DNA of 64,000 nucleotides, from contig JAILQM010000083.1 of assembly GCA_024698965.1 (NCBI GenBank), positions 8,882 to 72,881 of the forward strand. The letters are read 5' to 3'. Origin of the DNA: Eubacterium sp. (GTDB taxonomy: Bacteria; Bacillota; Clostridia; Lachnospirales; Lachnospiraceae). The notes beneath the pieces were generated by a model. The model did not search any database. It was not told where the DNA came from and saw only the letters and a list, made by a program, of their open reading frames with translations. Both the position numbers and the translations under genes were made by a program. Position 1 is the stretch's first letter; every line of letters begins with the position of its first letter. Positions 36,833 through 47,421 of the stretch are shown one piece after another.

Positions 36833-38695
36833 TTATTTCATTGTAACAATAAACTTAACTTCGCCTTCCGCATCATCGGAAATTCCGGCATATGAGATAT
36901 AGCTTTCTCCGGCATCTTTTACCGCATTAAGCTTATCTAAAGCATCTCCCAAATCTCCTCCGAAAGCATCAACTATCTTTTGGATGCCTTCCTCGTCGAA
37001 CTCTGCCATGCCTTCTTTAAGTTCAACAGAGCCTTCATAAAGCTCTTTTGATCCGCTTGCGGCTTCGCTTGTGCCGTCTGCAAGAGAAGATGCTCCCGAG
37101 CTTATCTTTCCCGCTGCGCTCTTAAGCTGTGTGCTTGCCGAAGAAAGCGTATCTCCGGCCGACTGAAGAGCCGAAAGCGAACCCTTTGTATCAAGTCCTG
37201 TCGAAGAATCTTCTTCATCCATTCCGTCTTTAATTGCCTGAAGAGCTGCCGCAGCCCCTTTAGCCTGAAGCGCTGCCGACTCGTAATAAGATGCGCATCC
37301 TGTATTATAAGCTGCCGCATACTGAGTTGCCGCAGTTATTGCAGCCTGTGCGTTTTCTGCATCCCCTGCTGCCGCATACTGCTCATAAGCCGCATAATAT
37401 TTTTGAACTGCGGCATAAGCCTGCTGAAGTTCATCATAATCAGGTGTTCCGTAAGTGCCTGCAAGATACATTGCCTTCTGAATATCTCCGCCGTATGTAG
37501 CCTCTGCATCATCTGCTGCATAAGCCTTGGCAAGCTTAGGTGCCGATTCGGCAAGTGCAGAATATTCTGTAATGGCCGCATCAATCTCATCATACATTGC
37601 GTTCATCTTGGTATTAAGTGTTGCAAGAGCGGCATCGAGTTTTTTAACTCCCGCATCAAAGGTGCTGTAACTGCTCTCAAAGCTCTTAGTTCCCGATGCG
37701 AGGGTATCTGCTCCTTCATCTATTTCGGTAAGACCCTCATAAAGCTCTTTTGCTCCGTCGGAAAGTTCTTCCGTTCCGTCTACAAGCTTTGCCGAAGCCT
37801 CGGAAAGTTCATTTAACGAATCCTCAAGATCGTCTGTATCTTCGACATCGTCAAAGTCTAAATCGGAAAATACCGAAGATGTATAAAAGCTCATAATTGA
37901 GTCTACATTATAATTCGTTGTATCTGCGGTAATTACAACCTCATCCGTAAATACGGCATCGTCTCCCTCAAGTCCTAAGCTCTCATTCATTCCCGGAAGC
38001 CCGTAGCCTATTACAGTCTGATAATATCCGTTTGATACGACCTTTCCGTTTTCAACCTCTATATTTGTAAAATTGTCCGAATCAAGCAAAACTCCGCTTG
38101 CCACAAGGAACGGTACATATACCTCTTCGCCATCCGATTCGGTCTTTTCGTTGTTGGTATACTTAATAGTGATTTCAACCTTTCCGCTCTGTCCTTCAAG
38201 CTCTTCGGCCGAAACGCTCTTTCCGTCAAGCTTATAAGATACGTCAATACTTATCGGAAGGCTCTCTGAGCTCTCAACGCTTCCCTGATAATAAATATCC
38301 TCGCCCGATGCGTCTATCGAAAGATTGTCTCCTGTCTGAGTAATTTCCTGATCGCCTTTTACATTTACTACATCATCTAACGTTGTCACATCTGTAAGCA
38401 CATCATAATAATCGTTGTTTTTAAGCCAGTCGCTTACCGTAATATCGGTTACGTTTCCCGACATATCTGTTGTAACATAGACCGTCTCTTCTTTATAGGC
38501 AGTGCCTGTTCCCGATCCTTTGCTTTCTTCTTCGTTATCTGCCTCCGCAAGGGATGCATCTCCCGACTCTTCCACGTTTACCTCTTCGCTTTCGCCTGTC
38601 TGCCCGCAGCCGCTGAGGGATGCAGTGCTTATAAAAAGACTCGCGCATAAAACGGCTACACCGATTTTTTTTGTTATAAGTTCAAACCTCTTCAT
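36833..38695 (-). CDS. Putative lipoprotein with Ala/Gly-rich heptad (LxxG) repeats, YhgE/Pip-like accessory of the MMPL transporter
   Basis: Lipobox LSGC, with repeats such as KLVDGTEELSDGAKELYEGLTEIDEGADTLASGT. I chose the start at MKRF (AAAGGA 8 nt upstream); the ORF track starts 9 nt earlier. Confidence 0.65.
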   Translation of the reverse strand: MKRFELITKKIGVAVLCASLFISTASLSGCGQTGESEEVNVEESGDASLAEADNEEESKGSGTGTAYKEETVYVTTDMSGNVTDITVSDWLKNNDYYDVLTDVTTLDDVVNVKGDQEITQTGDNLSIDASGEDIYYQGSVESSESLPISIDVSYKLDGKSVSAEELEGQSGKVEITIKYTNNEKTESDGEEVYVPFLVASGVLLDSDNFTNIEVENGKVVSNGYYQTVIGYGLPGMNESLGLEGDDAVFTDEVVITADTTNYNVDSIMSFYTSSVFSDLDFDDVEDTDDLEDSLNELSEASAKLVDGTEELSDGAKELYEGLTEIDEGADTLASGTKSFESSYSTFDAGVKKLDAALATLNTKMNAMYDEIDAAITEYSALAESAPKLAKAYAADDAEATYGGDIQKAMYLAGTYGTPDYDELQQAYAAVQKYYAAYEQYAAAGDAENAQAAITAATQYAAAYNTGCASYYESAALQAKGAAAALQAIKDGMDEEDSSTGLDTKGSLSALQSAGDTLSSASTQLKSAAGKISSGASSLADGTSEAASGSKELYEGSVELKEGMAEFDEEGIQKIVDAFGGDLGDALDKLNAVKDAGESYISYAGISDDAEGEVKFIVTMK

Positions 38696-38709
38696 CTCAA
38701 TCATCCTTT

Positions 38710-40824
38710 CTATACATTTTGGCTCTTTAAAGTCACTTTTTTATCCATTTCTCTTACCTCTGCAAATCCTCCGCTTGTATGAATAATGACTCCGTCAAAT
38801 ATTCTTAGAAGTGAAGGAAGTACAAAAGCAACTACTATCATACTTATGATTGCTCCTCTTGACATCAGTATGCATAAAGAGCCGATCATATCTATGTCGG
38901 AATAAATACCGACTCCGAAGGTAGCGGCAAAGAATGACAATGCGCTTACCATTACGGATTCTATTGAGTTTTCATGTGCCTTTTTAAGTGAGCCTTCTTT
39001 GCCAAAGTTCGCACATCTGTACTGCTTATACTTTGTCGTCATAAGGATTGCATAGTCAACCGTAGCTCCGAGCTGAATTGTACCTATGACAATTGATGCT
39101 ATAAACGGCACCTCCGTTCCCAAATAATATGGGAACGACATGTTTACAAAGATTGCAAACTCTATTATTGCCACAAGCATTACAGGTATTGTTATAGATC
39201 TAAAGAGCACTAGGATTATCAAAAATACAAGTCCTATAGATACAAACGATACTGTCTTAAAGTCCTGATCTGTGATTTCGATAAGGTCTTTTGTACAAGG
39301 TGCTTCTCCTACAAGCATTGCGTCCTCGTCATAGCTTTTAATTATGGAAGAAATCTCTTCGCACTGACTGTTTACCTCATCTGTTGCAACCTCGTATTCC
39401 GACATTACAACTATCATCTTCCAGTTTTCGCTCTCAAGCATCTCTCTAAGTTCTTCCGGCACCTGACTTTCAGGTATCGTTGCACCAACAAGAGAATCAA
39501 GTCCTATTACACTGCTTACTCCGTCAAGCTTTGATATCTCGTCATTCATCTGAGCCACTTCATAAGAAGCCACATCAGAGCCCACAAGAATCATATGCAT
39601 TGAGTTAAGGTCGAATTTTTCGTTAACCTCTTCATTTGCAGCTATTGAAGCAAGGTCTTCCGGAAGTGAAGAATCAAGCTTGTAATATACAGGTGTACGG
39701 CTGTTTCCGTAAATTGCCGGAATCAAAAGCACAAGGAAGATAATCGTTATAACAATGTAATGCTTTGTTACAAATCCCGATATTTTACTGATTGACGGAA
39801 TAAGAGGCCTATGCGAGGTCTTCTCCAAAGCCTTGTCAAATACAAGAATCATCGAAGGAAGAACCGTTACGCAGCAGATAACTCCGCAAAGCACACCTTT
39901 TGCCATAACAAGTCCAAGATCAAGTCCCAAAGTAAAGCTCATAAAGCAAAGTGCCAAAAATCCGGCTATTGTTGTAACAGAGCTTCCGAGCACAGATGAT
40001 AAGGTAGCCGCAATCGCATTTGTCATTCCTTCTATCTTGTCACCGCCGAATCTTTCCGTCTGTTCCTTATAAGAATGCCAAAGGAAGATTGAGTAATCCA
40101 TCGTAACGCCGAGCTGGAGAACCGCGGCAAGGGCCTGCGTTATATAAGAAATCTCTCCGAAAATAATATTAGAGCCCAGGTTATATATAATCGCAATTCC
40201 TATTCCGATAAGGAAAATAAAAGGAATAAGGAAACTGTCCATTGTAATACTTAAAATAATTGCCGAGCATATAACGGCGATTATTACATATATTGGAGTC
40301 TCTGCCTCAGACAAGTCCTTGGTATCCGTTACTATCGCAGACATACCGCTGAGGAAACACTGCTCATTTGACAAAGCTCTTATTTCCTTTATGGCTGTCA
40401 TTGTTTCTTCGTCCGAAGTCGTCGTATTAAAAATTATGATAAGAAGATTTGCATCCCCATCTTCTGTCTGGAATGCGTCCACAACCTTCTGCGGAAGAGC
40501 TGAAATCGGAACCGAGATATCCACGATTGAGTCATACCAAAGAACGTTTTCCACATTCTCCACATCTTCAATCTTCTCTTTCAGCGCCGATACATCCTTG
40601 GCTTCCATTCCCTCAACCACAAACATCGAAAACGATCCGGAGCCAAATTCTTCGGTCAAAATATCCTGCCCCTTCATGGTTTCTATCTCGCTTGGGAGAT
40701 ATGAGAGAATATCGTAGTTAACTCCGGTTCCTATATAACCTACTGTCGCAGGTATGAGTAAAACCAGCGAAACAATTAGAATCGGAATGCGATATTTCAC
40801 AACTTTTTGAGCAAATTTATACAT
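38710..40824 (-). CDS. MMPL-family (RND superfamily) membrane transporter
   Basis: A 704-aa protein with two blocks of about six TM segments, each preceded by an extracytoplasmic domain, which is the typical MMPL duplication. Confidence 0.85.
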   Translation of the reverse strand: MYKFAQKVVKYRIPILIVSLVLLIPATVGYIGTGVNYDILSYLPSEIETMKGQDILTEEFGSGSFSMFVVEGMEAKDVSALKEKIEDVENVENVLWYDSIVDISVPISALPQKVVDAFQTEDGDANLLIIIFNTTTSDEETMTAIKEIRALSNEQCFLSGMSAIVTDTKDLSEAETPIYVIIAVICSAIILSITMDSFLIPFIFLIGIGIAIIYNLGSNIIFGEISYITQALAAVLQLGVTMDYSIFLWHSYKEQTERFGGDKIEGMTNAIAATLSSVLGSSVTTIAGFLALCFMSFTLGLDLGLVMAKGVLCGVICCVTVLPSMILVFDKALEKTSHRPLIPSISKISGFVTKHYIVITIIFLVLLIPAIYGNSRTPVYYKLDSSLPEDLASIAANEEVNEKFDLNSMHMILVGSDVASYEVAQMNDEISKLDGVSSVIGLDSLVGATIPESQVPEELREMLESENWKMIVVMSEYEVATDEVNSQCEEISSIIKSYDEDAMLVGEAPCTKDLIEITDQDFKTVSFVSIGLVFLIILVLFRSITIPVMLVAIIEFAIFVNMSFPYYLGTEVPFIASIVIGTIQLGATVDYAILMTTKYKQYRCANFGKEGSLKKAHENSIESVMVSALSFFAATFGVGIYSDIDMIGSLCILMSRGAIISMIVVAFVLPSLLRIFDGVIIHTSGGFAEVREMDKKVTLKSQNV

Positions 40825-40859
40825 TCTTTTTCATCCCTTTCTCAATAAATATTATCAAA

Positions 40860-40962
40860 ATGACCTCTAGTCATTTTTCTGTTCTAATATGTTTTATCAC
40901 AAAAATGACCACTAGTCAATATAAAAATGACTAAAAGTCATATTTTTTTGACCGTAAGTCAT
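40860..40962. promoter_or_regulatory. Four ATGAC-N5-GTCAT-type palindromic operator-like sites in the divergent MMPL/TetR intergenic region
   Basis: The sites are atgacctctagtcat (40860-40874), atgaccactagtcaa (40905-40919), atgactaaaagtcat (40927-40941) and ttgaccgtaagtcat (40948-40962). Confidence 0.65.
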
Positions 40963-41003
40963 TTTTCCTTGACCAAGGCGTTTTTTTGTGCTATGGTGCA
41001 GAT

Positions 41004-41666
41004 ATGGGAAAGATATTGGAAAATAAAAAAAAGAAAAAAGAAAGGCTTTTGGAAGCCGCATACGAACTCTTTACCGCGGAAGGTGTGGAAAACACTTCAA
41101 TCTCCGATATAGCAAGGCGTGCCCTGGTTGCAAAAGGCACCTTCTATCTTTATTTTAAAGATAAATATGAAATCGAGAGACATCTTATTGCTTCCAAATC
41201 CAACGAGATTATTGCTTCTGCTTTTAAAGAAGCCATGAAGAAAAAAATTCCGTCAAACAAAGAGAATGTTTTCTTTATTATTAACTACATAATAGACTTT
41301 CTTGCCTCAGATCCAAAGCTTCTTACCTTTATCTCCAAGAATTTAAGCTGGGGTGTATTTACCGAGGCCATCTTTAACGACTCGGAGGAAAATGTGCTTG
41401 ACTATGAAAAGCTCGTAAATGTCTTAATTTACGATGTAAGGGTAAACGACGGAGAAATTAATGAAATCTCAGACCTTTCAAAACTCGAGTTTGATACCTC
41501 AAATGTTAAATATAAAGATGTTGATATTATGATCTATACCATATTCGAACTCGTCAGTTCTACCTGTTATAATATCATTTTAAACGAAAAACCGACCACT
41601 CTAAAAAGCTACAAACCTTACCTTTTCGGACTCATAGAGGCTATTTTAAAACAGCACGAAATCTAG
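41004..41666 (+). CDS. TetR/AcrR family transcriptional regulator
   Basis: HTH LLEAAYELFTAEGVENTSISDIARRALVAKGTFYLYFKDKYE. The ATG at 41004 (MGKILE) is preferred over the upstream alternative start. Confidence 0.85.
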   Translation: MGKILENKKKKKERLLEAAYELFTAEGVENTSISDIARRALVAKGTFYLYFKDKYEIERHLIASKSNEIIASAFKEAMKKKIPSNKENVFFIINYIIDFLASDPKLLTFISKNLSWGVFTEAIFNDSEENVLDYEKLVNVLIYDVRVNDGEINEISDLSKLEFDTSNVKYKDVDIMIYTIFELVSSTCYNIILNEKPTTLKSYKPYLFGLIEAILKQHEI

Positions 41667-41756
41667 CGGTTTTTTCTAACAATTTACTGTTTTTCTTCTA
41701 TATATTGTGATATAATTTCCTTAGTGTATTATGTTTTTGCAAAAAGGAGATAAGGT

Positions 41757-43496
41757 ATGAAAACAATTAGAGGAAAAATCTTTCTTATCCTCGGAATAGT
41801 CTTCATTGTTTCCGTTTTGGGTATGCTTGTTAACATACGAAACGTAAGCAGTGTCAAGAATTCTTCCGAAACACTCGAAAATGTAACCTTTACAATGTAT
41901 CAGGATGCCACAACGGTACAAATCAGTATCGAGCAGATGCAGCAGTATATGTACGCTTACTGTACAACTGATGATGCCGAAAAACAAAGCGACATCAAAA
42001 CTCTTTTTGATACGGCAGAGTCCAATCTTTATACTGCCCTTAATGATTTCGCAGAACTCGGCGGCGTAAACGACTTCCCTGAAGACAGCGAGCAAGCTCA
42101 GAACTGGAATGTTCTCGTTACCGCAATTGACGCTTACTGCGCTTATTTCGATGAAATCACATCACTTGTGGACGACGGAAACGAAGCTTTTGCAAAAGAG
42201 CTTTTATGGAGTGACATCAGTGAAAACCAGGTTACCCTTCTTACAAACATGGAAGGAATGAGAACACAGAACGCAGGCGAGATTTCAACCGCTCTTTCAA
42301 GTCAGGTTAAAATATCAAATATTGCTGCCAATTTCAGTATTATTACTATTATCCTTCTTGTAATTGCCGGTATCGTTTCTCTTATAATCACAACTCTTCT
42401 CATTGTAAGACCAATAAAAAATGCTGACCTAAAGCTTGCGACAATCATTTCCGATATCGAAAACGGACAGGGCGATTTAACTCAGCGTATTCCTGTTGAA
42501 ACAAAAGATGAAATCGGACAGCTTGTCAAAGGATTCAATAAATTCATGGATACTCTCCAGAATATTATGCAGCAGATTATCAGCCATTCCGGAAACCTTG
42601 AAAATTCCGTAGAACTTGTAGTCGGACAGGTTGCAAATGCAAACGACAACGCATACAACACCTCATCTACAATGGAACAGCTTGCTGCAAGTATGCAGGA
42701 GATTTCCGCAACTGTTGACAGTGTAAATGCGGATGCAGGAAATGTCGGAGACGAAACTTCTAAAATTTCCGAAAGTGCAGAAGAAGGCGCAAGCTATGCT
42801 CAGGAAATGAAGACAAGAGCAACCGATATGAAGAACCTTGCCATGAAGAACAAGGCAACAACAGATAATATGATGCACGAGATGAACGAAGTGCTCCGCT
42901 CATCCATTGAAAACAGTAAAAAGGTTGAAAAGATTAACGAACTTACAAGCGACATTCTTGAGATTTCAAGCCAGACCAACCTCCTTGCTCTTAACGCTTC
43001 TATAGAAGCTGCCCGTGCGGGAGAAGCCGGTAAAGGCTTTGCGGTTGTTGCAGACGAGATTCGTGTTCTTGCAGAAAACAGCAGAAATACGGCTAACAAC
43101 ATTCAGGATATAAGTACTATGGTTGGAGATGCGGTATCAGAGCTTGTTGATAACGCCGACAAGATTCTCAACTACATAAACGACAACATCTTAAAAGACT
43201 ACGATACAATGGTTGAGATGGGTAATCAGTACAGCGAAGATGCCACAAGCATCCTTGATATGATGAGCAACTTCTCATCAAGCACAGAGCAGCTCCAGGA
43301 TACAATGAACGGAATCGTACATGCGTTTAACGACATTTCAACAGCGGTTGAAGAAAGCGCAAGAGACGTTGGAAATGTATCCGAAAACACAGGTATTCTT
43401 GTTAACAGCATGGAAGAAATCAAACACGAGATGGACAACAGCGAAGAGATTGCAAACGGCTTAAAGAGCGAAGCAGACAAGTTTACAAATGTTTAA
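41757..43496 (+). CDS. Methyl-accepting chemotaxis protein (two TM segments, HAMP, MA domain)
   Basis: The signalling hairpin reads [46 protein letters not shown] domain follows TM2. Confidence 0.92.
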   Translation: MKTIRGKIFLILGIVFIVSVLGMLVNIRNVSSVKNSSETLENVTFTMYQDATTVQISIEQMQQYMYAYCTTDDAEKQSDIKTLFDTAESNLYTALNDFAELGGVNDFPEDSEQAQNWNVLVTAIDAYCAYFDEITSLVDDGNEAFAKELLWSDISENQVTLLTNMEGMRTQNAGEISTALSSQVKISNIAANFSIITIILLVIAGIVSLIITTLLIVRPIKNADLKLATIISDIENGQGDLTQRIPVETKDEIGQLVKGFNKFMDTLQNIMQQIISHSGNLENSVELVVGQVANANDNAYNTSSTMEQLAASMQEISATVDSVNADAGNVGDETSKISESAEEGASYAQEMKTRATDMKNLAMKNKATTDNMMHEMNEVLRSSIENSKKVEKINELTSDILEISSQTNLLALNASIEAARAGEAGKGFAVVADEIRVLAENSRNTANNIQDISTMVGDAVSELVDNADKILNYINDNILKDYDTMVEMGNQYSEDATSILDMMSNFSSSTEQLQDTMNGIVHAFNDISTAVEESARDVGNVSENTGILVNSMEEIKHEMDNSEEIANGLKSEADKFTNV

Positions 43497-43512
43497 AAAG
43501 ATTTTAGATAAG

Positions 43513-43543
43513 AAAAGCCGGGACAAAAGTCCCGGCTTTTTTA
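43513..43543. terminator. Bidirectional rho-independent terminator
   Basis: aaaagccgggac-aaaa-gtcccggctttttt lies between the convergent mcp and rsmE genes. Confidence 0.85.
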
Positions 43544-44287
43544 TTTACCTGTTTCAAGAACATACATGAGCATTGAAAGAACGGCAAGCCCAGCTGTTTC
43601 TGTGCGAAGAATGCGGCTCCCCAAAGAAATAATCTCACTTTTTCCTTCGGCCAGCGATATCTCCGAGGGGTCGAATCCGCCCTCCGGACCGATAAATACC
43701 GCAACGTCAGTTCCGGGCCTTACACTTTCAAAGGCAGCCTTTGTAGGCGCCATTCCCGCAGCATTTTCATACGGCAAAAGGATGACGTCCATTTTTGATG
43801 CGTATTCAAAAGCTTCTTTAAAGCTCATAACATCTGAGATTTGGGGAATCATCATTCTTTTTGACTGCTTTGCTGCGCTCTCCGATACAGCCTGCCATCT
43901 TTGAACTTTTTTTGCGGCCTTTTTATCATCGAGCTTAACCACGCAGTTTTTCATGGCAACCGGTATTATTTCAAAAGCTCCGAGCTCTACGGATTTTTGA
44001 ATGACAAGCTCCATCTTATCTCCTTTGGGAAGTCCCTGGAAAAGATGAATTCGGGCCGGCAGCTCACTGGTATTCTCCTCTTTGTAAAGAATAGATGCAG
44101 TAACCATATCATCCGTTATCTCAGATATTTCGCACATATAACAGGCTCCGTCTCCGCCTCTTGTGCAAACTCTTATCTTCTCTCCCGGTTTCATCCTAAG
44201 AGCGTTTTTTATATGATTTACATCGTTATCCTCTATATAGATAGCGTCTCCGCCCACTGCGGATTCTTCAACAAAAAACTGAAACAT
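43541..44287 (-). CDS. rsmE: 16S rRNA (uracil1498-N3)-methyltransferase
   Basis: PUA-like N-terminus (FFVEE…HI.NALRMK.GE) and a SPOUT C-terminus (GPEGGF…LG.RILR.ETA). Confidence 0.88.
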   Translation of the reverse strand: MFQFFVEESAVGGDAIYIEDNDVNHIKNALRMKPGEKIRVCTRGGDGACYMCEISEITDDMVTASILYKEENTSELPARIHLFQGLPKGDKMELVIQKSVELGAFEIIPVAMKNCVVKLDDKKAAKKVQRWQAVSESAAKQSKRMMIPQISDVMSFKEAFEYASKMDVILLPYENAAGMAPTKAAFESVRPGTDVAVFIGPEGGFDPSEISLAEGKSEIISLGSRILRTETAGLAVLSMLMYVLETGK

Positions 44288-45141
44288 TATTTTTCTCCAT
44301 CACCTTTTATAAGCATTACGATACCTAAAAGTATAAGGCATCCTCCGAGGAGTTTAAATACTCCGTAAGGCTCTCCGGCAAAAAGTATCCCTATAGTGCA
44401 GGCACTTAAGGGGTTGAGCGTTGCCCACATACCTGCCTCTGTAGCCGTCATGTATTTTTGAGCAAGCGGCTGGAAGGTAAATCCAAACACCGAGCAGACC
44501 AAAACAAGCATAAGAAGCATAGCCCACTGATTGGAACTTTGAGGAAGAGTCGGACTTTCAAATACAAAAGATAATATCATGCAGACAAGTCCCATACTTC
44601 CGAGCTGCAATATTCCTATAATAATAGGATCGCAGGTATTTGCCACATGAGTAGTATACATTATACAGGCTCCGTAGGAAAGTGCCGCCGCAATCGCAAA
44701 TAAAATTCCCACATTAATTGTCGCATCTCCCGTAAGCGTCAGAAAGCCTACGCCTATAAGGGTTATAAAGGCGCTTATTATCGTTATTTTCTTAGGCAGA
44801 ACCTTAAATAAAATAAGCTCATAAAAAGGCACTATAACAACTGCCGTATTTTCTATAAAAGAGCTTGTTCCGGTCTCAATCGTCTTAAGTCCCGTCATTT
44901 CGCATATCATACACACCGTGTATAAAAGTCCGAGAATAATACCGCCTTTAAGATTCTCTTTATCAAGCTCCTTAAGTTTTTTCCTGAAAATAACAAGAAG
45001 AATCAAAAAAGCCGTAAGGAATCTCAGTCCTAGTATGTTCAAAGCTCCCATGCTTCCCATAAGAGTCTTTGAGAATATAAATGATGTACCTCTTGCGACC
45101 ATAACCGCCGCCATGAGTATTCTTGCGTTTGTTTTAGTCAT
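44287..45141 (-). CDS. DMT superfamily (EamA-type) transporter
   Basis: Ten hydrophobic segments in two EamA-like halves. Confidence 0.8.
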   Translation of the reverse strand: MTKTNARILMAAVMVARGTSFIFSKTLMGSMGALNILGLRFLTAFLILLVIFRKKLKELDKENLKGGIILGLLYTVCMICEMTGLKTIETGTSSFIENTAVVIVPFYELILFKVLPKKITIISAFITLIGVGFLTLTGDATINVGILFAIAAALSYGACIMYTTHVANTCDPIIIGILQLGSMGLVCMILSFVFESPTLPQSSNQWAMLLMLVLVCSVFGFTFQPLAQKYMTATEAGMWATLNPLSACTIGILFAGEPYGVFKLLGGCLILLGIVMLIKGDGEK

Positions 45142-45150
45142 TTTATCTCC

Positions 45151-45183
45151 AAAAAACTCCCTGTGACAGTTGCCACAGGGAGT
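45151..45183 (-). terminator. Rho-independent terminator after the BKACE gene
   Basis: The minus strand reads actccctgtg-gcaactgt-cacagggagt followed by tttttt. Confidence 0.8.
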
Positions 45184-45213
45184 TTAAAATTCATATTAAG
45201 CTTTGAGGGGGAT

Positions 45214-46221
45214 TTAGCCCATGCCCTCTTCCTGCTTGTAAGTTGTACCGTATTCATCAGCACAAGCCTGCTTAGCTTTTTCAATCTCTTCAATTGTAAG
45301 AGCTTCTAAAGCCTTAACTTCTGCTTCACGATCAAGTGGTGCAAGTCCAAGCATTTCTCTTGCTTCTGCAGGAGTAGCACACTCGTTACCGAAAGCTTCG
45401 ATAGCACGAGCAGCACGCTCAACAAGCATAAGGTTTGTAGCAAGAATCTTGTTACCGTCTTTGTCCTTACCGTAAACAACGTTATCTTCCATACCAACAC
45501 GGATGTGGCATCCGTTTGCGATCATAGCAAACATTACAGGAAGATGTCCTTTACCGATACCAAAGCCTGAAACTGTAACTTCCTGAGGAAGGTTTCCTTC
45601 AGACTGAAGACGTCTGATTTCAGAAAGCATTGTCTGTACATCTTCAGGTGTAGCAGCCATACCACCAACTACGCCGAGGCAAAGCTGGAAGTGAAGAGGT
45701 GCCTTAACGATACCTTTCTTCCAATATACACCTACGGCACGGATCATACCCATGTCGAATACTTCGAACTCAGGCTTGATGTTCTTCTCAAGATAAAGGT
45801 TACCAAGCTCAGTAAGCATTGAAGGTGAGTTAGAGAAGATACCACCAGGGATACCCCAGTTGAATGAACCTGCATCGAATGTACCCATCTGGATGCCAGG
45901 TACAATCTTATGATGAAGCATACGGATGTGATTTCCGTAAGGTGAATCATCAGATACACGGTTGTCTCCTGATGATGTGCAGTTAACGATAACGTCACAA
46001 TCAGGATACTGTGTTCTTAAAATCTTAATTGTCTGATAGAATTTAACAGGATCCATAACACCTGCACCCTGATCATCTCTCATGTGAAGATGAACAATAG
46101 CAGCTCCTGCTTTCCATACATCATACGCGCATTTTGCGATTTCTTCCGGTGTTTCCGGAACATCATAACCATGTGGTGTAACAGCACCGGTAAGCGCTGC
46201 TGTGATAATTGTTTTTGCCAT
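45214..46221 (-). CDS. Beta-keto acid cleavage enzyme (BKACE/DUF849; 3-keto-5-aminohexanoate cleavage enzyme family)
   Basis: IITAALTGA…PEEIA…A..AGAAIVHLH.RD motifs typical of BKACE TIM barrels. I chose the ATG at 46221 (AAGGAG upstream); the ORF track's GTG at 46230 is too close to the SD. Confidence 0.8.
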   Translation of the reverse strand: MAKTIITAALTGAVTPHGYDVPETPEEIAKCAYDVWKAGAAIVHLHMRDDQGAGVMDPVKFYQTIKILRTQYPDCDVIVNCTSSGDNRVSDDSPYGNHIRMLHHKIVPGIQMGTFDAGSFNWGIPGGIFSNSPSMLTELGNLYLEKNIKPEFEVFDMGMIRAVGVYWKKGIVKAPLHFQLCLGVVGGMAATPEDVQTMLSEIRRLQSEGNLPQEVTVSGFGIGKGHLPVMFAMIANGCHIRVGMEDNVVYGKDKDGNKILATNLMLVERAARAIEAFGNECATPAEAREMLGLAPLDREAEVKALEALTIEEIEKAKQACADEYGTTYKQEEGMG

Positions 46222-46376
46222 TGGTTTCACACTCCTTGTATATTTTGGTTTATTGACCTAAACGGTCAGTTTTCACTTGTATACGGTTTAAATGCCAAAA
46301 CATTTAAACCGCTATGAATTATTATAACTGATAATTATTTATATAACAAGGATTATTTGTATTTTAAAAAATGCAA

Positions 46377-47396
46377 TTAGTTTGTTGCTTTGATTGCCTC
46401 TTCAAGTTTTGCATAAGCCTTGCCGCTGTCAATAATGTCTTTGGCAAGTTTTACTCCTTCTTCCAAAGAAGATGCTTTTTTATCAATATAAAGGGCTGCT
46501 CCCGCATTTAAAAGCACTGCGTTAAGTTTTGTCCCCTCTTCTTTTCCCATGAGAATATTTCGCGTAATTTCGGCATTCTCAGACGGCTCTCCTCCTACAA
46601 GTTCCTCTTTTTTGCCGGAAGCAAATCCGAAGTCCTCAGGCTTAATTACATAAGATTTGTAGTTACCGCCGTCAAATTCGCAAACAAATGTCTCTCCGCA
46701 GGCAGATATCTCATCTAATTTTTCTCTTCCGTATACTACCCTTCCTCTTTCGACTCCGAGGCTGTAAAGCACCTGTGCAAGCGGCTCCACAAGATATTCA
46801 TCATATACTCCGAGAAGCATTTTTTTAGGACGGATAGGATTTGTGAGAGGTCCTAAAATGTTAAATACGGTTCTAAATCCGAGCTCTTTTCTTATAGCGC
46901 CCACATACTTCATTGATGAGTGGTACTTCTGTGCAAAGAAAAAACAAAAACCAATGTCTTTTAAAAGTTTGGTGCATTTTTCCGGCTCAAGATTAATGTT
47001 TACCCCGAGCGCCTCAAGACAGTCCGCCGTGCCGCTCTTTGATGATGCTGCTCTGTTTCCGTGCTTTGATACCTTTACTCCGCCTGCTGCCGCAACAAAT
47101 GCCGATGTTGTCGAAATGTTAAAGCTGTGCGCGTTATCTCCGCCCGTTCCCACAATCTCAAAGGTCTCCATTCCTTCCGCATCTACGTTAAGTGCCTGCT
47201 TTCTCATAGCTGCCGCACTTCCGGCTATCTCATCTATTGTTTCTGCCTTTGCGCTCTTTGTTGAAAGAGCCGCAAGGTATGCCGCATTCTGAGTCGGTGT
47301 GGTCTGGCCTGTCATTATTTCTTCCATTACCGCATAGGCCTCGTCATAGGTTAAGTCCTCTTTGTTTACTATTTTTACTATTGCTTCTTTAATCAT
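46377..47396 (-). CDS. trpD: Anthranilate phosphoribosyltransferase
   Basis: GTGGD, KHGNRA.SS.SG.AD and NILGPL.NP motifs. Confidence 0.93.
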   Translation of the reverse strand: MIKEAIVKIVNKEDLTYDEAYAVMEEIMTGQTTPTQNAAYLAALSTKSAKAETIDEIAGSAAAMRKQALNVDAEGMETFEIVGTGGDNAHSFNISTTSAFVAAAGGVKVSKHGNRAASSKSGTADCLEALGVNINLEPEKCTKLLKDIGFCFFFAQKYHSSMKYVGAIRKELGFRTVFNILGPLTNPIRPKKMLLGVYDEYLVEPLAQVLYSLGVERGRVVYGREKLDEISACGETFVCEFDGGNYKSYVIKPEDFGFASGKKEELVGGEPSENAEITRNILMGKEEGTKLNAVLLNAGAALYIDKKASSLEEGVKLAKDIIDSGKAYAKLEEAIKATN

Positions 47397-47421
47397 TGTT
47401 TACTCCTTTCTTCCAACCCTA

